Below, in pieces: positions 26,901-33,172 of a stretch of DNA of 40,591 bases. The notes under the pieces were generated by a model that did not search any database, was not told where the DNA came from, and saw nothing but the letters and a program-made list of their open reading frames with translations. This DNA is from Pseudomonadota bacterium. GTDB lineage: Bacteria; Verrucomicrobiota; Verrucomicrobiia; Chthoniobacterales; UBA6821. Location of the stretch: NCBI GenBank assembly GCA_009928265.1, contig RFPR01000001.1:1-40591 (forward strand), in the 5' to 3' direction. Every line of letters starts with the position of its first letter. Position 1 is the first letter of the stretch. Position numbers and translations under genes: made by a program.

Positions 26901-26980
26901 ATGTGATCGAGCAAGTAATGGCTCAATCCCTCTATGACCGCCTCCGCAGAGAAGCCGGGGAAGCTGAGAAGATCGCATGA
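23942..26980 (+). CDS. hsdR: type I restriction endonuclease subunit R
   Basis: 1012 aa. N-terminal nuclease-type region, helicase motif I QHSAGSGKT, motif II VIVDEAHSSQ, later SF2 motifs (FGFTATP, LLVADKFQTGFDQP, RVNR). Confidence 0.9.
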   Translation: MSTPIHKEKKFEEEIEAVLLSRKGGYLQGNPKNFDPRLGFDCTELFTFLKGTQPKEWAKLEKSYGGEVEAKVSSYLRSEINRKGTIEVLRQGIVDRGAKLTLAFMPPSSGLNPVVIEQYKSNRLTITRQVPCTVGSKETIDTVLMVNGIPVVTVELKTPLTGQTVTNAVFQYKDRDPNSPIFGFKSGALVHMAVDPDEVMMTTKLDKKGTRFLPFNKGDKGGKGNPENPKGYKTAYLWEEVLQRDSLMDILAKFVQSQTETKRLPNGSKVKVEKLLFPRYHQLDCVRKCASHAAEHGAGQTYLIQHSAGSGKTNSIAWLAHRLTTLHNAKDETVFDSVIVVTDRIVLDDQLQDAIAQFEHKHGVVEAIKGSEGSKSAKLAEALTGGKKIIIVTIQSFGFVLEQIGSIPNRRYAVIVDEAHSSQTGESATKMRQALGSSDEDLAAAAKEQEEEDKKAEAKDDETDAAVLKVLKARKRQPNMSFFGFTATPKAKTLEYFGTVGKDRKPHPFHLYSMRQAIEEGFILDVLKNYTTYETYWRLASSNSVDPEVEKKKASRAAVRYVQLHPYNIAQKVEIILEHYVNFTSKQIGGKAKAMVVTSSRKAAVRYKEAFDKILVKKKIKGVKAIVAFSGEVQDEGKSHTEQSMNGFSGRQIPEKFESDEYQVLLVADKFQTGFDQPYLHTLFVDKRLDGVQAVQTLSRVNRTCPLKEDTFVLDFVNNADDIKKAFLPYYQATEVSEVTDPNVLYRLKDQIMDRGIINKDDIEGVAKIAFKPAGEAGANDQGKIHALIDPAVTRYKEKLDESEQREFAGDLQSFLRTYAFLAQLIDFEDTDLEKLYAYGKFLARKLPRTQGRNLTLDDEVRLTFYRTQKVFEGSLSLGATDAGTVKGIGDAPKKGGAGGTVVRLSTIIDVLNQRFGADLSQEDQLLFDAIEGDMARDHELRTQALNNDLKNFAFPAKEKISGAFLERTEKNQGLFTRYLADEAFRNVIEQVMAQSLYDRLRREAGEAEKIA

Positions 26981-27717
26981 ACATTTCACTGCTATGCGAT
27001 GAGCTTTGGGATAATGCCCAGCCTCTGATGTCGGAGGCTTGGGGGAGCATGGATCCACAGCATCCAGGACATGACCCGGGAGAAGCTGCACGCCGAGAAT
27101 TTAGGGGTGCCCAGATCAACGAACGCTTACTGGTGCTACTCAAAGAGGAGGGGGACGATCTCCCAGAGGGAGTTCGCCTCATAACCAATATCTCCAACTC
27201 TGCAGAAGAGATCACAAAGGCACTACAAGCCGAAGAATACGAAGGTTGGAACAGAACTCTTAACTCGCCCACGCAGTTCCAAGATCAACAGCACAAGCTG
27301 CATCTATGGGCTGAAAACAACTACACACCTCTAGAGGGATCCGATGTTACTCCCAGAAATCTCGCGGGGATCCTCGGGTTGAACAAAGGAAGCCTCAACT
27401 ATCTGCAGGTAGATGGGGGAACTGCTTCGCTTTTCGCCATTGCTTCAAAAAGGACAGGTGTCACGACAGGTCAGTTTGTCCACGACACAAACCTAGAAGC
27501 CCTCCTGAAATCATTCAGAATCGAGGTTCTTCGGAGGGATGTCATATCGGCGAATACGGTCACCAATGCGGCAATAGATGCTCTCTGGGGTAATGTCGTC
27601 GAAACCAGATACACCGACCAGATTGATGCTATGGAGCGACAGATAAGAACCAAGGAGAGGGAGATCGCCGAAATCAAAGAGCGGATCTCCCTTGTGAAAG
27701 CCCTGAAAAAATCATGA
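26977..27717 (+). CDS. hypothetical protein translationally coupled to hsdR (246 aa, C-terminal coiled coil)
   Basis: ATGA overlap with the hsdR stop at 26977-26980. No recognisable motif. Confidence 0.65.
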   Translation: MNISLLCDELWDNAQPLMSEAWGSMDPQHPGHDPGEAARREFRGAQINERLLVLLKEEGDDLPEGVRLITNISNSAEEITKALQAEEYEGWNRTLNSPTQFQDQQHKLHLWAENNYTPLEGSDVTPRNLAGILGLNKGSLNYLQVDGGTASLFAIASKRTGVTTGQFVHDTNLEALLKSFRIEVLRRDVISANTVTNAAIDALWGNVVETRYTDQIDAMERQIRTKEREIAEIKERISLVKALKKS

Positions 27718-27917
27718 AGGAAGTCCTGAACTCTCGGTGGTTCCACTGCCTCTACCTCGGAATGCTCAGCTTGGGCACGATCACTCTGGTTTGTATGAAC
27801 ATCGTTCACGAAGCTTCTTTCCCTGTCTGGGTTGCATCCGCCGCAATATGGGTTGCACCATGCTACCTCGCTTATTGTGCAGTGCGATTCCTCCGCAGTA
27901 ATAAGGCAGAAGGGTAA
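27714..27917 (+). CDS. small two-TM membrane protein (67 aa) coupled to the preceding gene
   Basis: ATGA overlap at 27714-27717. Two hydrophobic helices (LYLGMLSLGTITLVCMNIV; VWVASAAIWVAPCYLAYCAV). Confidence 0.55.
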   Translation: MKEVLNSRWFHCLYLGMLSLGTITLVCMNIVHEASFPVWVASAAIWVAPCYLAYCAVRFLRSNKAEG

Positions 27918-27989
27918 GCAGCGTCAGCTCTTCTACCCCGCCTTCCAACTTTGCGAGGGGAGAGCTGCTAAACCTTACGCAGCTAGGAA

Positions 27990-28451
27990 TTAGACTGCAG
28001 GGACGGGCAGGTCGGAGTTGATGTATTTCTCGTAGCCGTATTTATCAACGCCCTCTGGACGGGGTAGAGCATACCTCCGCTTGTACTCATCGTTAGGTCC
28101 GAAAAAGTACATCGCTCCATCAATCTCTACAGATAAGCAAATCTGACCGAACTCGATTGCGAGGCTATTCGCCATGCGGTTGATGTTCCACTTGTGTTCA
28201 TCGAGTTTTTCCTCCGAACAAAAGGATTTGCAGATGGTCACCTTCTCGGCATGAACAATCCCTGCTTCGTGGAAGTAACCAGCTCCCTCCGTCATTGTCG
28301 CTCCGCCCAACTCCAGCAGAAGGAATTTCATCGTTGCGTCAATAAGCTTGGCACGATCGACATGCCCGAGGTCTTCCCCCTTACCTGTTTTCGAGGGAAG
28401 GTAGAAGGCAACGTAGTGATCCATCTCCTTTTTGGGTTTCCAATAAGCCAT
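27990..28451 (-). CDS. hypothetical protein (about 153 aa)
   Basis: The ORF opens at 28487. The internal ATG at 28451 (MAYWKPKKEM...) is preferred because the upstream part runs into repeat-rich DNA. No motif recognised. Confidence 0.55.
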   Translation of the reverse strand: MAYWKPKKEMDHYVAFYLPSKTGKGEDLGHVDRAKLIDATMKFLLLELGGATMTEGAGYFHEAGIVHAEKVTICKSFCSEEKLDEHKWNINRMANSLAIEFGQICLSVEIDGAMYFFGPNDEYKRRYALPRPEGVDKYGYEKYINSDLPVPAV

Positions 28452-28678
28452 GCCACGGAGCGTAGGACATGAAACTGCAGGGATCAATCCCGCAGGCGTC
28501 GGCTATTCCCTCCTTCCCAAACCCTGTCGGGAGCAGCCTCCACATCACCGCAGGGGGCACCAAGGACTCGCTAGGTTTCCTCACTTCCTCCTGCAGTCAC
28601 CGGCTCTCGCCTTCGTGCTGTCGTCCCTCCGACGAGCTATTTCCCCTTAACGGTGCCCATTCTCGGGACTATCTGCAG

Positions 28679-28761
28679 GTTTGCCTCCGTGCAGGCAAAC
28701 CTATTGCCGCCTTGCTTGCCAAGTGCGGCAAACATCCCCCCGGCGGGATGGAGGCAACTCC
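28679..28761 (+). repeat. ~85-nt multi-hairpin element, copy E
   Basis: GTTTGCC-TCCGTGCA-GGCAAAC, TTGCCGC-CTTG...CAAG-GCGGCAA, CATCC-CCCCGGCG-GGATG, GGAG-gcaa-CTCC. Confidence 0.7.
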
Positions 28762-28816
28762 GTTGATTCCTGAACTCTTCCTTCCCTAGGAAGGGTTCAC
28801 CCCTCCCTACCTGATC

Positions 28817-28924
28817 TTGCGAAAACGGGTACTTTCTCTCGACACCCCGCAGGAACACCTTCCTCCTCTAACAAAATTGCGAAAGTCATTTCGTAATTCC
28901 GATACCCTCAGCCCACTTTCGCAA
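28817..28924. promoter_or_regulatory. three TTGCGAAA half-sites upstream of the serine recombinase (two form an inverted repeat)
   Basis: TTGCGAAAAC at 28817, TTGCGAAAGT at 28877, inverted ACTTTCGCAA at 28915. Confidence 0.4.
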
Positions 28925-28967
28925 ATCTCACCTTGCCCTCGGCGGTCATCGACTGGAAAAGCTTGGG

Positions 28968-29540
28968 ATGAAGATAGGATACGCACGAGTTAGCACGAAG
29001 GATCAGGACACAACAGCTCAGGAAGAAGCCCTTAAAGCTGCAGGGTGTGAAAAGATATACCATGAGATCGCTTCAGGCGGGAAATGGGAGAGGAAGGAAC
29101 TACACCGAATGCTCGACATGCTCAGACCAGGGGATGTCGTCATTGTCTGGAAGTTGGACAGGCTCTCCAGATCGTTGCGGGACCTCCTCTCAATCATCGA
29201 CACCTTCGCCAAACTCGATGTCGGCTTCGTCAGCCTCACGGAATCGGTGGATACGACATCAGCAGCAGGTCGGATGCTCCTCCAAATCATCGGCTCCTTC
29301 GGGGAATTCGAGAGAAACCTCATCCGTGAGAGGACCTATGCAGGTATCGCTAGAGCCAAGGCTCTAGGCAAGCATCTCGGTAGACCTTCCAAGCTCTCAG
29401 CTGAACAACGGGCTGAGGTCCTCCGTAGCATCAAGGCAGGAGAGAAGTCTCAGGCAGAATGGGCTCGCCTGTTCAATGTCGCCCCCTCGGCAATTTCTCG
29501 GCTCGTCGCCAAGGAGGCACTCACAAAACTTCTGAAGTGA
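28968..29540 (+). CDS. small serine recombinase (resolvase/invertase family)
   Basis: MKIGYARVSTKDQ catalytic-Ser motif, DVVIVWKLDRLSRS, GEFERNLIRERT, C-terminal HTH (SQAEWARLFNVAPSAISRL). Confidence 0.9.
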   Translation: MKIGYARVSTKDQDTTAQEEALKAAGCEKIYHEIASGGKWERKELHRMLDMLRPGDVVIVWKLDRLSRSLRDLLSIIDTFAKLDVGFVSLTESVDTTSAAGRMLLQIIGSFGEFERNLIRERTYAGIARAKALGKHLGRPSKLSAEQRAEVLRSIKAGEKSQAEWARLFNVAPSAISRLVAKEALTKLLK

Positions 29541-29543
29541 TTC

Positions 29544-29738
29544 CTAGGTGCGTCTCTTACTAGGAATAAGGAGCAGAGGCAGGTTCACGACCGCCACAAC
29601 CGCAGTCCAAATCAGCACAGCAGCTACACCAATGATCCCAGCGGCTATCTGGATCAGCCCAATCAGGAAATTGACCACTCCCTTCAGGAGCCAAGTCACC
29701 AAGAACACGCCCAATAGAAGTTCAATGGCAAGGCTCAT
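29544..29738 (-). CDS. small two-TM hydrophobic protein (64 aa) coupled to the integrase gene
   Basis: Start overlaps the integrase stop (ATGA on the minus strand). Almost entirely hydrophobic, with a basic C-terminus SKRRT. Confidence 0.45.
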   Translation of the reverse strand: MSLAIELLLGVFLVTWLLKGVVNFLIGLIQIAAGIIGVAAVLIWTAVVAVVNLPLLLIPSKRRT

Positions 29739-30985
29739 AGGGTTCCTTCCGGTGCATCGTCGGGTAGGGGATCCTTATCACACAGGCTCTCCACATAGGC
29801 GGGAAGCAGTCTCCAGAACTCCGCACAATCCTCCTCGGTGACGGCGTCGACATAGTTGCTCCTCACTACGGAAGGGCTATTTCCCATCTCGTAGCTGGTC
29901 AGTCCTTCATCTTTCTTCCATGCCAGATGATACGACCCATAGAGGTGTCTCAGGGCATTTTGAGGCCAGGGGGTAATCCCTGCAGCATGGGCAATGGTCT
30001 TCATCTCAGCATACCAAGCAGCGGGGCGGTTGGCTCTCTCTGGTCTTGCTGAGAAGACCAGCTCGTCCTTCTTGCCTTTCTTGCAGAGCAGCAACCATCC
30101 CTTCAGCGGCGGAGTAATGGTGATACTTCGACGGCGTCCGGTTTTGGAAAATCCTGCCTGGACGATGATCGTCGAGCCAACATCGCCCCATGGGATCTTG
30201 AACAGTTCCTCGTTGCGAATGCCTGAGAAGGCCTTCATCGCCAAGCTCGCCAACATCTTCGGAGCAATCTGCTGGGTCGTCCAAAGCAACGAAGCCACCT
30301 GCTCAGGGGTGAAGATGACCTTTTGCGATGCAACCTTGCGGGGAGCCTTTATCCCATCGAGCGGGTTCTCCTTGATCCAACGCTGAGCAACTGCGTCGTT
30401 GAACAGGATGTTCAGATACCTCCTCCGCTTCGCCCGCTGGGAAGGGGATGGGTTGTTTCCCCTCCCATCCTTGGCAGAGAGGATCTGCAGGATCCGATCT
30501 CGGTCGAAGTCGCCAATGGACTCCTTCTCCATACCGTCGAAGTAGAAATCGTACTTCTCCGCCATGTCCTTGAGGTGCCTAGCTCCGCAGCCTTCCGTCT
30601 TTTTCAAATCCAAAAGCTTCTCCACGGCATCCTCTACGCTTGGAGCCTTGGATGATGGTCTACGCTCCAGCCAGAAATCCACAACCTCCCGGAGCGGGGT
30701 AGGGGAGATTCTCGCCAAAGCAACTCGGATCTCAGCCATGTCCAAGGTCGACACCCCCAGCTCCTTCGCCTTTTCGAGCTCGCCTGCAGTCTTTTTCTTG
30801 AGTTCGGCAATGTAGCTCAATGCCTTCTCGTGCGAGGAAAAAAACTTCCGGATGATTTCACGCCCGGTGAATTTCTTCCCCACACGAACGACCCAGCGGT
30901 TACGATCTTTGCGGAGGGATACCCCGTGCGGTAGCTTGGGCTCCTTGGGTTTTTGGGGGCGTTTCATGCCCCAATCCAAGGCCAT
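29735..30985 (-). CDS. int: tyrosine site-specific integrase
   Basis: SAM-like N-domain. Catalytic-domain landmarks FSGIRNEEL (Arg), ALRHLYGSY (His-x-x-Arg region), GNSPSVVRSNY (Tyr). Adjacent to attR. Alternative ATG at 30967. Confidence 0.85.
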   Translation of the reverse strand: MALDWGMKRPQKPKEPKLPHGVSLRKDRNRWVVRVGKKFTGREIIRKFFSSHEKALSYIAELKKKTAGELEKAKELGVSTLDMAEIRVALARISPTPLREVVDFWLERRPSSKAPSVEDAVEKLLDLKKTEGCGARHLKDMAEKYDFYFDGMEKESIGDFDRDRILQILSAKDGRGNNPSPSQRAKRRRYLNILFNDAVAQRWIKENPLDGIKAPRKVASQKVIFTPEQVASLLWTTQQIAPKMLASLAMKAFSGIRNEELFKIPWGDVGSTIIVQAGFSKTGRRRSITITPPLKGWLLLCKKGKKDELVFSARPERANRPAAWYAEMKTIAHAAGITPWPQNALRHLYGSYHLAWKKDEGLTSYEMGNSPSVVRSNYVDAVTEEDCAEFWRLLPAYVESLCDKDPLPDDAPEGTL

Positions 30986-31054
30986 CTACAGAGCAAATCC
31001 AAGAAAAAAAAGCAAAAATGTGCGCAAACCTACCATCAACAGTATTCATGTGAC

Positions 31055-31111
31055 GGACTCAAAATCCGGTATCCTCTAAAGATGTGTCGGTTCGAACCCG
31101 ACCGCCGGTAC
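31055..31111 (+). repeat. attR: partial tRNA-Leu copy (anticodon loop to acceptor 3' strand) with a different variable arm
   Basis: 16-nt and 28-nt blocks identical to the tRNA, separated by ATCCTCTAAAGAT instead of GAGGCAACTC. No 5' half, no CCA. Confidence 0.85.
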
Positions 31112-31297
31112 GTTTGGATTTTTCTTCGATCTCAAAAGTGAGGTTGGACTGAAGCACCTTCTGAAAAATCTTTACAGGGATAAAGGGGATCGATGGGATG
31201 AACGCCAGCAAAGATTGACCCTTGGGAGAGGAATCAAAGCTCTACTTATCTTTATATGATGGTGATTTGATAGGGTTCATCATTGAACCATCCAGGA

Positions 31298-31329
31298 TAA
31301 AAAAAGGCCGCACCCCTAAGGATGCGGCC
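31298..31329 (-). terminator. rho-independent terminator of the PEP-CTERM gene
   Basis: On the minus strand, GGCCGCA-tccttagggg-TGCGGCC followed by a T run (the plus strand shows AAAAAAAA at 31298-31305). Confidence 0.7.
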
Positions 31330-31354
31330 TTTAATTTAAGAGGTGATCTGTAAG

Positions 31355-32506
31355 TCAGGCTTTCTTGCGGCGGAGGGCCACAACCATGATCAGTCCGGAA
31401 ATTGCCATCAGGGCCCAAGTCTTGGGCTCGGGAACAGCGATCACAAGGCTGTGCATGATCATGTTGTTCTGAGCATAGTTATTGTAGGCGGAAACGATGG
31501 AACCGTCTGTATTAGTGTATAGTTCTTTCGAATCTTTGTCAGCTAGGGTCCAAGTGTTGGCCAAGTATCCCACTAGAGTCCCACCAGAAAGACTTGAGGC
31601 ATCGGCTCCACCGATGATTTGTGTTGTTCCAAGCACTTGAAAGTTGCCCTGAGCTGTAATGGAGGGAATATTTGTGCTGGTCGTGTTTTCGTACTGTAAA
31701 ACTTGGATGGATGCATTGGTCTGACCGATATTGATCACATTGAATCCAAGACGAGTGATGGAGTTTCCCTCTAGGGTGGTCCAACCAGCATTAGGAATAT
31801 TCAGTAGTTGCTTATTGGTGCTTCCCGCCGTTGTTATGGACAATTGCCACGCATCACCAAACTCATCAGTACTATCAAGATTGATGCTGAGGAGCGATTG
31901 GCGAGATGAGTTCAGGATACTCCATCCCAACGTATCCCACTGTCCATTGGTGTTGGCATTTTTGGCATAAAGTCTGAAGGTGGTGTCAAAGTGAATGGCA
32001 TTGTTGCCAGTTGCCGAATACAATCCTTGGGCTATGTAGGTAGTAGCACTTTGCGGGTAAGTGCCGGGGATGCCTTCAGCAGTAGAGTAATATGAATCGG
32101 CGCCAATGCTGAGACCTGCTGGGCGGAGTCTATTGGGGTTGTCCCCATTACGGTAAATGACACCAGGTCCATTGCCATCTGGCACATCGTTCCCATCAGA
32201 ACCGAACATGACCCATCCATCTTGTCCATTGGCATAGGTAGCCCAAGATCCTCTTCCCGAGTTGGTACCGTAACCATTTGAATTCACAATCCCGTCCGTT
32301 GCAACCGTGCCACCGTTGGCGCCTGGGGTGTAATTGTAAGTCGTGCCGTAGGAATTCGAACTTTGCTGGAAATCCGTGGCATAATTCTGTGAATTGGTGA
32401 TGTTCGCGAAAGTTACCGTGGATACCTGAGACCACGCAGCAGAGGTGGCCAGAAGCATGGCGATCGGCGTGATCAAGAAGTATGATGATTTTCTGTGAGA
32501 ATTCAT
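31355..32506 (-). CDS. PEP-CTERM-anchored secreted protein
   Basis: Signal peptide, Asn/Gly/Thr/Ser-rich body, and C-terminal VPEP-KTWALMAISGLIMVVALRRKKA (PEP motif, TM helix, basic tail). Confidence 0.8.
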   Translation of the reverse strand: MNSHRKSSYFLITPIAMLLATSAAWSQVSTVTFANITNSQNYATDFQQSSNSYGTTYNYTPGANGGTVATDGIVNSNGYGTNSGRGSWATYANGQDGWVMFGSDGNDVPDGNGPGVIYRNGDNPNRLRPAGLSIGADSYYSTAEGIPGTYPQSATTYIAQGLYSATGNNAIHFDTTFRLYAKNANTNGQWDTLGWSILNSSRQSLLSINLDSTDEFGDAWQLSITTAGSTNKQLLNIPNAGWTTLEGNSITRLGFNVINIGQTNASIQVLQYENTTSTNIPSITAQGNFQVLGTTQIIGGADASSLSGGTLVGYLANTWTLADKDSKELYTNTDGSIVSAYNNYAQNNMIMHSLVIAVPEPKTWALMAISGLIMVVALRRKKA

Positions 32507-32565
32507 GAGATTAGAGGGGGGATTCTAAGAGATTTGACAAGATACTCTTGCAATTGTTCAAACAA

Positions 32566-32757
32566 CTAGCCGCTGTAGGGAGTGATTACAGGTGGTGGTG
32601 GCGGAGTCTTACGCGTACGCTGAACCGGTGTCGGTTTGGGAGTGGGAGTCGGCGTGGCTGTCTGGGCGTAGGTCTCGGAAACAAGAGCAGTGGCCAGTCC
32701 GGCCATGATCAGCAGGGCTTTCAGACGAGGGAGAGGCTGGGGGAAGAGCTTCTTCAT
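32566..32757 (-). CDS. small secreted Thr/Pro-rich protein
   Basis: MKKLF...signal peptide...AQTATPTPTPKPTPVQRTRKTPPPPPV. ATG at 32757 preferred. Confidence 0.4.
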   Translation of the reverse strand: MKKLFPQPLPRLKALLIMAGLATALVSETYAQTATPTPTPKPTPVQRTRKTPPPPPVITPYSG

Positions 32758-33172
32758 TTCCTGTATGTTCGCGCGATATCCAGACCCCGTCAACTGGAAT
32801 TTTGAGAAAAAATATTCCCATAAGTCCCACTTATTGGGTGGGTTGTAGTGGATGGGCTTTGATTGGAGTGTTTCTTCTTAAGGGGGTGCTTAATCTCTTT
32901 TTTCAAACAGGGACGCTTTGGTATTAAAATATATGCATCTCATTGCTGTGAAGTACTTTGAGTCTTTTTCTATGCCGAAACGGTGCTTGAGCAGGCTTTT
33001 GATGACCGTGAACCACGGGCTAGCAGGTGCATGGATGGAGATCGCTTCATGCGGATGCGATGCCTTACAAGGTCGTAATACGGTGATAATTGTACGATGC
33101 TTAGTCGCGGATTAAGGCAATCTCTCGACTTTCCGCAATCCACCCCCGACTATTTCACGCCCGAACCCTGCC

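Larger units (their letters stand above)
12495..31111. mobile_element. tRNA-Leu-integrated genomic island, likely an integrative mobilizable element (~18.6 kb)
   Basis: Bounded by an intact tRNA and a partial tRNA direct repeat. Contains a tyrosine integrase next to attR, a serine recombinase, a Mob-like protein, a ParA-like ATPase and a type I R-M system. Composition and k-mer content differ from the flanks. Confidence 0.8.

Noticed and set aside
28469-28789. 106-aa plus-strand ORF in the long intergenic region
   Set aside because: It reads straight through repeat copy E and other repeated non-coding motifs. It is Pro/Ser/Leu/Cys-rich and lacks a convincing start context, so it was treated as non-coding.
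12495-31111. Explaining the CTGCAG excess purely by codon usage
   Set aside because: Sites occur in two different reading frames, on both coding strands, and at several-fold excess in non-coding DNA. A single codon-pair bias is therefore insufficient, though a formal codon-shuffled test is still needed.
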